A stretch of DNA of 64,000 nucleotides from Octopus sinensis (taxonomy: Eukaryota). The notes below the pieces were generated by a model. That model saw only the letters and a list, made by a program, of their open reading frames with translations, searched no databases and had not been told where the DNA came from. Each line of letters begins with the position of its first letter. Within the stretch, counting starts at the first letter, position 1. The stretch covers positions 18,662,001-18,726,000 of the forward strand of contig NC_043005.1 of NCBI RefSeq assembly GCF_006345805.1, given 5' to 3'. This document shows positions 49,412 through 62,387 of this stretch, one piece after another. Position numbers and translations under genes: made by a program.

Positions 49412-51334
49412 ATTCTTGTTAAAAATAATAATTACAATTCTGTGAGTTAATTTTCATATTAATATGGAATCAACAAACATTACATATATTGGGTTGCATT
49501 TCAATCGAGATATACGTGTACTAATTCAATTCTTCCTCGATCAACCCGGAAAATATTTGTCTTTCAGTCACAAGTAAATATTCCTGAAATGTGCGTTTAG
49601 TACAGTGTACCATTTGCCGTCACCCACTCTGAAAAACTAGGCATTTTGATTAGCAATAAAACATTCATGCACCGGTAAAGTGACTACAATTATTTCTGCT
49701 CCACGTTGGTGCTTAAATTTACGATATTCATCCAACCATCTAATTGCTAATAAAGAATTGTATTTGTTCAAATAGCGTCCAGAGGTTTCTAAAGACACTG
49801 TCTTTATACTTTCAATTCTCAGTTCAGTTAACTGTCAAATTTTTAATTCCCAATGTTAAACATGAAAATTAATAATTTATCAAAATCATAATTTCCAATC
49901 ATACTTTGACATTAATCTTCATTTAAACAAGAATTTTTTTTCCCAGTAATTTGCTGAGATCAAAATTAATTATAAAATCTTTCGGAAATCCGATAATTTT
50001 TTAAAATTTTAGTTTTTAAACTCAGCTTCGGTGTACATTCATCGAAACACATCTTCATAAATTAGGAGCCGTACATCCCCTGAAGGTAGGTAGTCCTTCG
50101 TCAGTGAGAAGTGTCATCTCGGACTCTGATATCTGAAGTCTATTAAGCGGTCGTTCCCTTCCTTTGAATGATTCCCCCAAACTGTTCCTTCAATATAAAT
50201 AACTCGGAGCAAAATAGGACGAACTTTTACATGATCGCCTTTTCTTTTAGAAATAGCAGCCAAATTTTCCTCCGCTACTTATTGTTTTAAATAACGGACG
50301 CATTAGATATTGTGATCTTGCCTCCGTGAAATAAATGGAATTTCAACATTTGAGTGCCTTTGATTCATTTGTTCGACAATGGGGGGAGGGCTACCCTAAA
50401 ACAATGTCACCGAATCAAAGCCGTAGTATATAGCCACTGGCTTGGTATCCCTGCTGCAACAAAAAATTCTGCTTCTGCAACACAGACTTTCTGAGAAAAC
50501 TTATGTTAGCTATTCTATGTTACAAGTATATTTATTTGAGATAAGGCAATATCATAATGTAAAGCCTGCGGACTTAATTAAAATTTCATTGTGAAAACCT
50601 CTAATAAAATAGAATCTTGTAGGCAATTTTCGACTTCATTTATTCTTAGTATTCATTTTAACATCATATTTCTATTAGATATTCGTGATTTAACGACTAA
50701 ATTAGATTTGCAATGTTTTTTTTTTTTCAGAAAGAACTGAATTGTAAAATGGAAACTGATAAAAAGAAAATAGTTTCCTTTTAATTATTTTTTTCTCTTT
50801 TTCTCTGCCTTTTCTTATTCTTTATTTCTTTATTTCTTTCTGGTTCTCTTTCTTTGTACAGCATTTCAACCACATAATCTATATATCGACCATCAAAATA
50901 TATACATTCTTTTCGTTTCAAATATTCCAATCCTACTTTTTTGAAACACATCCATTTATTACATTACAACATTCTAACCCAAGCCAGCGACAGAATCACT
51001 ACCAAATTGTATCAAACCATACTTTTATAAGAAGAGGAAATACGCACGAAGTAATATAGTACTTGTTAATTCTAGAAGACGAGATAGTCATGGTTGGAAA
51101 ACATTTCACCATAGTTCTGCCCAGTAAGAAATGACAGTGTTATAAACAACAAGAGCATCATAGCTTAAGTGCTTCAGACAATGTAGATACTACACGCGGA
51201 AGAATGTAGTCCACATTTAATAAAAATCCAGATCCCAGTCTTATTTATTGAGCATAAAAAAAAACTTTGTTTAGCAGAACATCATGGCTTATCTGTTGTC
51301 TCTTTTCTTTTTTTGTCTCTTCAATGAATGCTTT

Positions 51335-51480
51335 ATCTCGCCATCAACGCCTGTTCAATGAGCGCCCAGCATTAACAATACGACGGAAGGCCGGAATCAC
51401 GTGAACTAGTGGTCTCGGCGCTGAAGATGGCGGGGATTTATCACGCCGATAGCGACGTAAAAGAGGGCATTTCTCTCGTG
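51335..51480 (+). promoter_or_regulatory. CpG-rich candidate promoter/first exon
   Basis: Non-repetitive CpG-rich patch with CGGAAG (51384), CCGGAA (51391), TCACGTGA (51397-51404) and AAGATGGCGG (51424-51433). Confidence 0.5.
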
Positions 51481-51601
51481 GTAGCTACTCCAGTATAGTT
51501 TGTTCTAACAGAACATTCATGTTTAAGTGACCATATGTATTACCTCCCGCTTTTAATACCTGTTCTGGCGCTAACACACACACACACACACACATATATA
51601 T

Positions 51602-51993
51602 ATTCTCTTTCTCTTTTTACTTGTTTCAGTCATTTTGACTGCGGCCATGCCGGTGCACCGCCTTTAATCGAGCAACTCGACCCCGGGACTCATTCTTTGT
51701 AAGCCCAGTACTTATTCTATCGGTCTCTATTGCTGAACCGCTAAGTGACGCGGATATAAACACACCACCGTCGGTTTTCAAGCAATGCTAGGGGGACAAA
51801 CACAGACACACAAACACACGCACATGCACATATATACATATATACGACGGGCTTCTTTCAGTTTCCGTCTACCAAATCCACTCACAAGGTTTTGGTCGGC
51901 CCGAGGCTATAGTAGAAGACACTTGCCCAAGGTGCCACGCAGTGGCACTGAACCCGGAAACATGTGGCTGGTAAACAAGCTACTTACCACACA
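51602..51993 (-). mobile_element. SINE C
   Basis: Reverse complement of the 12535 family. Confidence 0.92.
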
Positions 51994-52529
51994 TAGACAA
52001 GTGCTATATATACGTATTCTTGTATAGGGAAATAGAGTTACAGTGGCCGGTTTAGAATTGAGAGAAATCAAATGAAATATGTGCAGAGACTTGCATTTGA
52101 GTGTGTGTGTGTATGTTTATTAAAAGGGGATGAGTCTAAAGTTTCAGATGTTAGGTTTACGAATTAGATACCTGCGAGTATTATAGCTGGGTGGTTTATA
52201 TTTTTGTTTAGGCATGAATTGCTAAAAGAAGGTTTGCCTGTTTCTGCTGTCGCTCTATTGAGTGATTGGTTCTTGTGTATGTTCAAACGTGTTTTTCTTC
52301 GGTTGACTTTCAGGTGTTTTTTTTTTTTTTTTTTTTTCGAAATTTGGGGTTTAGGAATAGAAATGTTTGAGCGATGTATACTGAAGATAGAATTGTAGTT
52401 CTGAGAATTCTGGAAGTGATTTCGAACTTATCAAGGAAGTACTTAGCCATGAATGTAAGTACCTGGAGTTTGAATGAAGTGTATAGTGATGTTTCTTTTT
52501 TTTCAAGTTATATCCAGTTAGGTAGCATT

Positions 52530-52948
52530 TACTCTTTTTACTCTTTACTCTTTTACTTGTTTCAGTCATTTGACTGCGGCCATGCTGGAGCACCGCCTTT
52601 AGTCGAGCAAATCGACCCCGGGACTTATTCTTTGTAAGCCCAGTACTTATTCTATCGGTCTCTTTTGCCGAACTGCTAAGTGATGGGGACGTAAACATAC
52701 CAGCATCGGTTGTCAAGCAATGCTAGGGGGACAAACACAGACACAGAAACACATACACACAGACATATATATATATACATACATACGACAGGCTTCTTTC
52801 AGTTTCCGTCTACCAAATCCACTCACAAGGCATTGGTCGGCCCGAGGTTATAGCAGAAGACACTTGCCCAAGATGTCACGCAGTGGGACTAAACCCGGAA
52901 CCATGTGGTTGATTAGCAAGCTACTTACCACACAGCCACTCCTGTGCC
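52530..52948 (-). mobile_element. SINE C, full length
   Basis: Reverse complement of the 12535 family. Confidence 0.92.
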
Positions 52949-53142
52949 TTTCGTTATTTCATTAAAGTTTTAAGATTCAGTTGTCGATGAAATATGTTTC
53001 GTTGAGAGAGAGAAAGTTAGGAGAGTGAAAATGAAATGTTTTGGGGGAAGATTTTAACTATGAAGGACAGTGGATGGCTAAATAACAGATGTATGTTGTG
53101 TATTCTCGTTCTTTCCTATTGCGGAGTAATCCATTCTATTAA

Positions 53143-53311
53143 GGCACAAAGCTTGAAATTCGCGGGAAGAGGACTAGTCAATTACATCGACCCAGAAAGG
53201 ATGAAAGGCGAAGTCGACCTCGGCGGAATTTGAACGCAGAACGTAGAGATGGGCGAAATACCGCTAAGCATTTCGTCCACTATAGTAACGATTCTGCTAG
53301 CTCGCCGCCTT
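53143..53311 (-). mobile_element. SINE D-like, internally deleted
   Basis: cagaaaggatgaaaggcgaagtcgacctcggcggaatttgaac...ctcgccgcctt. Confidence 0.8.
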
Positions 53312-53721
53312 TTTATAAGGGAGGGGTAATGATTGATATTTAGCCTGAGAGCGAGGTCCAGAAAATCTACTGTATTAATTTTAATGTCTGCTTTTGTTCA
53401 AGCTCAATAATCCGAGACAAATATGCTGACCATCATTTATCCTCTATTTGTTTCATTCAGTGGACGGTGGCTATACTGGGGTATGGCGTTAAAGGGATTG
53501 CTCGATCAATTCAACCCCAGTACTTACTATTTCTAAGCGATGTACTTATTCATTGAACACTACTTGCCGAACTGCTACATTGTCAAACGGTAGTAAAGGT
53601 CAAACGCAAGGACATGCATACATATGGATATGCATATATATATATATAAGTATATATATATATAAGTATATTACTTTCATTCAATTATTCAAATATATAT
53701 ATATATATATATATATATAAG

Positions 53722-53759
<38 letters not shown>

Positions 53760-53784
53760 AGAGAGAGAGAGAGGAGAGAGAGAG

Positions 53785-53820
<36 letters not shown>

Positions 53821-53940
53821 GATAGATAGATAGATAGATAGATGGTTAGTACAAACTGTGCTAATGGAGTATAGATGTGGTTTCTAGAGACATTCAGCTT
53901 CTAGTTATTGCGAGTTTTAATATAATTATTTTCTATAATC

Positions 53941-54034
<94 letters not shown>

Positions 54035-54157
54035 GAGAGTTAATCCCAACAGGAACAAAGAGAAAACACAACAACGCAAGGACGTGGAATAAGTATCGTG
54101 TTATTGGACGCTCAGGAATGGAAAGAAAGAAGGAGGATATATACATACATATATATA

Positions 54158-54218
<61 letters not shown>

Positions 54219-54283
54219 AAAGCTCTTCGATTACACACATACACGCACAGATAGATATAGATGTATGTAATTAATGGGTTTTT

Positions 54284-54370
54284 TTTTCAGTTTCCGTCTA
54301 ACAAATGTGCTCACAAGGCTTTGGTCGGCCCGAGGTTATTGTTGAAGTCACTTGTCCAAGATGCCACGCG
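54284..54370 (-). mobile_element. SINE C fragment
   Basis: ttcagtttccgtcta..tcacaaggctttggtcggcccgagg. Confidence 0.75.
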
Positions 54371-55340
54371 TGTTGGTGACAGTAGATTAATTTTGAGATC
54401 TGTATTTTGTAAAATCTCTTATGCAAGCGATATTAATATGCAACTAGTGATTTCGCGGATAGTACCAAATTACCCATATTGCATCCGCTTTTCAACAAAC
54501 AAACTTCGCGAATTTAACTTCATAAACAGGAAATTTCACGAAGCAAATAGACTTGTTGCACACATCATATATCGAACAATTTCTGATTACTATTAGTAAT
54601 ATTATTTCGTTTTATTTCTTTTGAAAAGCTTTTGACACCTCGTATTTCTGCTCAGGTGTGATACTAATTCTAAGTGTTGTGTCTTCCAAATGAGAACAAA
54701 AATAAAACTTCACAAAAATATATAAAAATAAAATAAAATCTAGTTTCATTTAATCATGGCTGGTGGTCACGAAATGACTTCCATTCTCGCCCACATATAA
54801 TATTCCGCTTCACATCATTCTATTATATTTTATTGATTTATTGATATTTTTTGTAGCTGTTATTCTTTTTCCAATTCTCATGTTAGAGGGACGTTTTACT
54901 ACGTAGAAGATGTGCGGAGAGTTGTGCTACTTCAAGCACGTGGTATAATTCCGAGCAGAATTTCTGTAGATTTTGTTGTCTTTTTTATATTTATCTTCAA
55001 GGTGAAGAATTGTTTATCTTACTTTAATTCGTTTTATTTTTGATTAATTTTCATAATAGATTGGTGTGTCTTTTGGGAGCAAGAACGTGTTCGACCTCAC
55101 ACCTTCTATATTATTCCTTTCAAAATGTGTGTATAACAGTTTATGTATGTGTGAATATATAGCTGTGTACAGGTGAGTTTAAAACCACTAAATCTATCTC
55201 TTAGTTTCAAGAAAACACTTATATTTACATACAAAATATCTACACATTCTCTTCAATTACCTTTCTGTATTTTTATAAATTCTTCTCTTTCTTTTTCGCT
55301 CATTCTATCATTATATTTTCCTAAACAGATGCACACACAA

Positions 55341-55373
<33 letters not shown>

Positions 55374-55442
55374 TGTATGTATGTATGTATGCATAGAAGG
55401 GCACCCCTGCCTCAATCTCAGCATAGAGTTCACATTTACACA

Positions 55443-55532
<90 letters not shown>

Positions 55533-55913
55533 CGCACATACATATGTATATATACGTATATATTCTGGTGATACAGTTGTGTGGATGAGAGAAGTGCTCG
55601 TCTATGTGAGTGTGTACTTGTGTGCGTATGTATATGTGTATCTATGGAAGGTAAGACGGCGAAAGAAAAAGTGTCGTCTCTATGAGTGAATGTATAAATA
55701 ACTGAGAACAATGTGTTGGGGATGAATGGGATTAGAAAAGAGAAACGAAACGCTCAGGGTAGACAGGTAACTCCGTTCTTACGTTTCGTTAGGCATCGTA
55801 AACAGTATTATACCAACAACTAAAGAATTCCTTGCAGGGATACGGAATTATACATACATACATACACAGACACACACGCATACATAGATACATACATATA
55901 TACATACATACAT

Positions 55914-55965
<52 letters not shown>

Positions 55966-56099
55966 ATAGATATATATTTATATATATATTAGGTGTAGAT
56001 CATTCCCAGAACGTCTTAATATTCTCTGAATATCAATCGTTCTGATTTTGCCTTCAGCATTATTCATCCATCAAAAGGTTGTTTAATTCAAAAAGTTTT

Positions 56100-56295
56100 T
56101 GATAAGAAGTCACAAAAAATCAAAAGACGAAGACAGGTGGGGTAGACAACAAACAGATATATTAGTTTAAAGCTCGGGAAGTGAAGAGTCTTTAACGTTT
56201 CGAGCCTACGCTCTTCCACAGAAAGGAACATAGAAAGAAAGAAGGAGAGAAAATAAAGTGTAGTGGCTAGCGATCTATCATGGCGAATGCCGGAC
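56100..56295 (-). mobile_element. Short Penelope-LTR-like repeat with a hammerhead-like motif, second copy
   Basis: Paralog of 5860-6025; motif at 56190-56225. Confidence 0.55.
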
Positions 56296-56383
56296 ACACA
56301 CACACACACACATACACACGCACACACATAGATTATATATACATACATACATACATACATACATACATACATACATGTATGTG

Positions 56384-56690
56384 TATTGGCTCATCCTATA
56401 AATAATGCGGTTTTATACTTTTATTTTTCAAAAGTAAGGTAGAGATATTTTTTTTATTCTAAAATATACTCCCCATTTTCTACAGTACTCTTCCATCTAT
56501 CAGGTAGACTCGCAAATTTCCTCTTCCAAAATTCACTTCTCCGTGACGAAAAATGCTCCTCCAGTACTTTTCTGACCTCGTCTACAGAAGTCATATTTTT
56601 TCCGTCCAAATGATTTTGACGACTGCGGAATAAATGATAATCAGATGGAGCAATGTCCGGTGAATATGGTTAGCGTGCCATGGTTTCCTT
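56384..56690 (-). mobile_element. Mariner transposase C-terminus and terminal inverted repeat
   Basis: PYSPDIAPSDYHLFRSRQNHLDGKNMTSVDEVRKVLEEHFSSRRSEFWKRKFASLPDRWKSTVENGEYILE*, ending at TA-ttggctcatcctataaataatgcggtttt. Confidence 0.9.
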
Positions 56691-57852
56691 TTCAAAATTA
56701 TGATGGGAGAATAACGAAGTCTATGTATGTGTTTAAGCAATTCAATAAAAATCCGAAGAATATGTCACCAATAGATATAAGTAAAGAATTACCATAAAAG
56801 TAACTACAGCTGAACATGGCACCATATCCCTTGCACAGTAGTATTAATATAGCATCTCTCTAACTCGAAAGACATTTGACATGTGGCCTATAGGCATCGA
56901 AATCAACCACCTTATTGCTGCCATGCTTAGTAACGTCTGCTAAAAACTCCTGTCTCCAAGCCTATCTGTTAACTGGACATTTCGTCTTCTTATGTGTTAG
57001 ACAGATTATTATTCATTTTGCAAGTATGGTATTGCCTTAGGTTTTTGATGAGGCACTTATCTATTGGAAATAGTTTAAATGGCCAAAAAAAAAAGAAAAA
57101 GACAGAAAATTTCGAAGTGTCAAGCTATCAAAATACATGTAAATATCTTCAAGCTGTGAAAATGTTTTCGTGTAATCCAGCTGGCTGCAAAAAGTATTCA
57201 AGTAGTAGCATTTGATACGGAATAAGTGGAGACGAGTATATTTACATGAAATATACCAGCGACAAACAGGTCTCAAAGTGTCAATATCTGGTGAAATGTT
57301 ATTTATATTCACCTCACTCAGATTCTACTGCAGTAAACTCTCCAAAAGGCGTAAAAAAAACACTGCAAAAGCAATATTTAGCGGTCCTAAATAAATTGTG
57401 AAGTATGATATCTTATGGTAGTAGCATACATAATATGAAGAAACTGAAACCTTTCTGCCACGACACAACTGGGTGAACTAATTATGGAGCGAGTTTCATT
57501 ATAGAATCCGGTTTTGTATCTCAGTTATATTGCTATTTATTTCGATTTCTATAGTTTTACTTTAATTTTTTAAGGTAGTTAAAATATGCCACCCCTGTAT
57601 ATATAGATTTAGACTGATACACACGCGCGCGCATTTTCGGTGCTATCATTCACATTTCACCAAGTTATAATATTTACGTTATTGTTCATACGAAATTATG
57701 AAAATCTATAACTACTTGGGTTAAATAAACCCAGAGAATGTAGCGGGTAGAATATCGGCTTAAAAAAATAAAAAATAAAAAACTTGGATAGAAAAAAAAA
57801 GTCAAATGTCACTTACAGCATACGAACCCACATCGGAGGAGATGACAGGTAT

Positions 57853-58074
57853 CTTTCTCTTTTCTCTTTTACTTGTTTCAGCTATTTGACTGCGGCCATG
57901 CTGGAGCACCGCCTTTAATCGAGCAACTCGACCCCGGGACTTATTCTTTGTAAGCCCAGTACTTATTCTATTGCTCTCTTTTTGCCGAACTGCTAAGTGA
58001 CGGGGACATAAACACACCAGCATCGGTTGTCAAGCGATGTTGGGAGGACAAACACAGATACACAAACACACACG

Positions 58075-58114
<40 letters not shown>

Positions 58115-58301
58115 CACATATATATATACACATATATACGACGGGCTTCTTTCAGTTTCCGTCTACCAAATCCACTCACAAGTTTTTGGTCGGCCCGAGG
58201 CTATAGTAGAAGACACTTGCTCAAGGTGCCACGCAGTGGGACTGAACCCGGAACCATGTGGTTGGTAAACAAGCTACTTACCACACACCCACTCCCGCGC
58301 C
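57853..58301 (-). mobile_element. SINE C, full length
   Basis: Reverse complement of the 12535 family. Confidence 0.92.
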
Positions 58302-58369
58302 TAACAAAGCAGCACTTCGAATTTCCCCCTCCATTTTAACATTGTCCTTACCAGCGAGATTTCTAAGAT

Positions 58370-58640
58370 GTTTACATTACAAGAATTTAGAAAGTTCGAT
58401 AGACTTGCAGTAACTTATGTTTATCGTCTGGAGCTCGACGGATATAAAGTCGGGAATAATAGCATACCACGAGCATTCTTTACTTTCTTTCATCCGTTGT
58501 AGATAAAGCTGTAAGTATTAGCATGGGCAATATTGGGCTGCTAACCCAGTATTCTACATGCCATTACTTATAGATACATCAACTACAAATTCCAATTTAT
58601 CTCAATAATTTCGAAATTTCTAAAGTCTTACGTTGTAAAC
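58370..58640. mobile_element. Old MITE-like element with about 30-bp imperfect terminal inverted repeats
   Basis: gtttacattacaagaatttagaaagttcga versus the reverse complement of tcgaaatttctaaagtcttacgttgtaaac. Confidence 0.45.
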
Positions 58641-58937
58641 ACACCCATGCACAAACACACACACACACAAATATACACTCACATATGAGTGTGTGAGTGT
58701 ATGTGCGTTGTGTGTGTGTGTATATTAGCGCAAGCATAGTCGTGCAGTTAACCGATTCACTTTTTAATTCCAATTAAATAATTCCGGTTTCAATCTAATT
58801 ATATGTGAACGCATGCGTTCACGTGTATATATGTGTGTTAGCGTTTCCATCTGATCTAATAAATTTTTGCTCACAAAGGAATGGTTAAATCAAAGTCACA
58901 ATAGAACACACTAGACCAAGACGCCGCTCACTTGCAC

Positions 58938-59353
58938 AAGGCGGCGAGCTGGCAGAAACGTTTGCACGCCGGGCGATAAGCTTGGCGGTATTTCGCCTGC
59001 CGCTACGGTCTGAGTTCAAATTCCGCCGAGGTCGACTTTGCCTTTCATCCTTTCGGGGTCGATTAAATAAGTACCAGTTACGCACTGGGGTCGATATAAT
59101 CGACGTAATCCGTTTGTCTGTCCTTGTTTGTCCTCTCTGTGTTTAGCCCCTTGTGGGCAATAAAGAAATAGGTATTTCGTCTGCCGTTACGTTCTGAGTT
59201 CAAGTTCCGCTGAGATCGACTTTGCCTTTCATCCTTTCGGGGTCGATTAAATAAGTACCAGTTACGCACTGGGGCCGATATAATCGACTTCATTCCTTTG
59301 TCTGTCCTTGTTTGTCCCCTCTATGTTTACCCCCTTGTGGACAAAAAGGAAAT
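58938..59353 (+). mobile_element. SINE D dimer (full unit + headless second unit)
   Basis: The second unit restarts at ggtatttcg (59171) directly after the aaagaaata tail. Confidence 0.9.
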
Positions 59354-59697
59354 AAGATGCCTCTCACTGGTATCGAACCTTTCAGTGGAAACTACATCCC
59401 TGGAGAGTGTATGAGTATTATATAACCAAGAGATGATGTCATTTAGATTACGTGCATCTAAAACCAGTCGCGGTACCGCTATAAGTTCGTTGACATAATA
59501 GTCACTATCTAAACTAAATTATTCGGTGGAGTGACTGTAGTAATTAGAAATTTACCTGCCACACAATAGAACCATATGACCGAATGAATTCAATAAAAGA
59601 ATATATTAACACGATTAACGTATTCTATTGTATTTTAAAACTACATTCAGCCATTAACAGTTCGATTATTTGTGTGTGTGCGTTTGAGTGTACAGTG

Positions 59698-59750
<53 letters not shown>

Positions 59751-59771
59751 CGCACAGACACATACACACAC

Positions 59772-59840
<69 letters not shown>

Positions 59841-59990
59841 ATGATTCACATTTATACATGCATACATGTAGCTATCTATCTATTTATCTGTGTTCTCCTT
59901 GCTCCTTCCGCTATCCAACCAAATGTGTGTAGTGCTAATTTCCTGCCTTTGTTCTCTCACTCGTATTTTTAAATACAATAATTAAAAAAA

Positions 59991-60150
59991 AATGGCTGAC
60001 TGTGTGTTAAGAACGTTGCTTCCCAACCACATGGTTCTGAGTTCAGTCCCACCGCGCGGCATTCTGGGCCAGTGTCTTCTACAACCTCGGGTCGACCAAA
60101 TCCTTTTGAGTGGATTTGGTAGACGGAAAGTGAAAGAAGCCCGTCGTATA
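59991..60150 (+). mobile_element. SINE C 5' part
   Basis: ccacatggttctgagttcagtccc...gaaagaagcccgtcgtata. Confidence 0.85.
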
Positions 60151-60344
60151 TATATATATATATATACTCTTTATCTTTTATTAAACTTTTAATACTTTTG
60201 ATATATATAAAAATAAATTAATTAATTAATTAATTAATTAATAAAATAATATATAAATATAAAAATATACATACATACATACATACATATATATATATTT
60301 GTATATATATATAAAATTTATAAGTTTAAATTATTTAAATAATT

Positions 60345-60530
60345 TTTTAATTTTAACTTTTATATTTTTAAATTAATTTTATGTATTGGCTTATGTTTTT
60401 CACTGTTTGATTTGCCTAATAGTGGTTTTATCTCTAATTTAATATAATATAATATATTTATACTATAAAATTGGATTTAATCCTAAATCTAATTTTTCCC
60501 TGTAAGTTTGGATTTATTCCCTAATATTAT

Positions 60531-60586
<56 letters not shown>

Positions 60587-60890
60587 TATTATTTATATAT
60601 ATATATCCCTTATTTATGCAGAATGGAATCTTATATATATACCATTCTGCCTAAATAATGGATCCACAAATACAATATCCTTGCATATCTCACATCTATA
60701 TTCATTCCTCCACCTCACTCTCTGTTTCGTATCTTATCTAAATTAACTATTACTTAACCATCTTCTCACTCCGTTTCCGATGAAGGGATATAATGAATAT
60801 CCTAGAAACAGCTGTAAGACATATTTATAAATGTTCTAAAATCTACACAGCGTCGGTTTTTTTTATCTCATTACGGAAAAAAATTTATAT
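60345..60890 (+). mobile_element. AT-rich repeat with a hammerhead-like motif, probably a Penelope pseudo-LTR
   Basis: ccgatga-agggatat..atatcct-a-gaaacagctgta at 60777-60816. Boundaries approximate. Confidence 0.45.
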
Positions 60891-61089
60891 ACACACGCTG
60901 ATATATGACCTAAGTTGGACCCCTTATTCGCATAACCACCGAATCTGAAAATTAACTATGGCCTATTCATAGCACTTATTCAGCATTACCTGACACATTT
61001 GGTTCTCATTGACACCATCAACTCATAACCACCATATATATATTATATATATATATATTATATATATATATATATTCTTTATATATACA

Positions 61090-61177
61090 GGCGCAGGAGT
61101 GGCCATGTGATAAGTAGCTTGCTTCCCAGCCACATGGTCCCGGGTTCAGACCTACGGCTTGGCACCTTGGGCAAGGC
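61090..61177 (+). mobile_element. SINE C head fragment
   Basis: ggcgcaggagtggccatgtgataagtagcttgcttccc...gcaccttgggcaag. Confidence 0.8.
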
Positions 61178-61287
61178 AGAGATGTATATCGATATACGCA
61201 AACATACATTTACTTATAAGTTTGTGTATGTATGCATTATTATATAGGGATGCGTACTTGTGTATTTTAAACCCGTACGCAAGCATG

Positions 61288-61330
<43 letters not shown>

Positions 61331-61719
61331 ATTTATATATACATGCATACACGCACTTGCATATACACGTATATGTGTGGGATATGTGTTGTGTGGTTAT
61401 TTAGGTTGTATTTAGATCTGTAGATTTGAAGGTATGGAAAAAGACGTGGTTGCATGTACCTAGGGTGTCATAATAAATTCAGGTCTTCCATGCTTTTAAA
61501 GCTATCCTACACCACCCCACCCAACTTTGAGTCTATCATAATAGCCTCTGATAAACGAAAACTTTCTCTCACTTATCAAAACTTGTATTTATTTATTTCT
61601 TGTCAACAAGGGTCCAAACATAGAGGGGACAAATAAGGACAGACAATGTAACTGGTACTAAGTATATATTGGTACTAAGTATATAATCTTTTTAAAATGC
61701 ATTATTACATTTAGGGCAA

Positions 61720-61973
61720 TTACTATAAGTAAAGCCACAAGCTAAAGTCAAACTACTTCTTCAAAATATGCACACGCGCTAAAGTCGAGGAAATGAACAA
61801 CGAAGGAGTGGAGAGTGTGGTAGATCACTGACCATGAAATCGTTTCGAGATGCAATTGACCCTTCTTAAAAGAATGCTATTACTTTGTTCATTTCCTCGA
61901 CTTCGGTGCGTATATTTTGAGGAAGTTGTTTGACTTTAGCGTCCCTTTTCAGAATGTGGTTTACTTATAGTAA
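61720..61973. mobile_element. MITE with long (about 80-bp) imperfect terminal inverted repeats
   Basis: ttactataagtaaa(g)ccaca/tgtggtttacttatagtaa, gctaaagtcaaac/gtttgactttagc and aagtcgaggaaatgaacaa/ttgttcatttcctcgactt. Confidence 0.8.
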
Positions 61974-62009
61974 CAGCCTTTAATTCAATATATATATATA
62001 TATATATAT

Positions 62010-62296
62010 GTCACATGATCATGTGACCGACCAGACCATCAGATGTTGTTACACATCGCTGGTCACAATGCGTTCGCATTGTTTTAGCCTTCGAATGACG
62101 CCACCCCGCTGGCTAAGCGAGCAGGACAACAAAAGAGTGGTGAAAGAGTACACCAGGGATCACCACCCCCTGCCGGAGCCTCGTGGAGCTTTTAGGTGTT
62201 TTCGCTCAATAAACACACACAACGCCCGGTCTGGGAATCGAAACCGCGATCTTGCGACCGCGAGTCCGCTGCCCTAAGCACTAGGCCATTGCGCCT

Positions 62297-62300
<4 letters not shown>
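62010..62300 (-). mobile_element. SINE head A + tail Z ending in a perfect 18-bp palindrome
   Basis: Head identical in type to 30230-30393; unrelated 3' part ends in gtcacatgatcatgtgac (62010-62027). Confidence 0.8.

Positions 62301-62387
<87 letters not shown>

Noticed and set aside
50075-50110. CTGACGA followed by a short hairpin (minus strand)
   Set aside because: No GAAA downstream of the hairpin.
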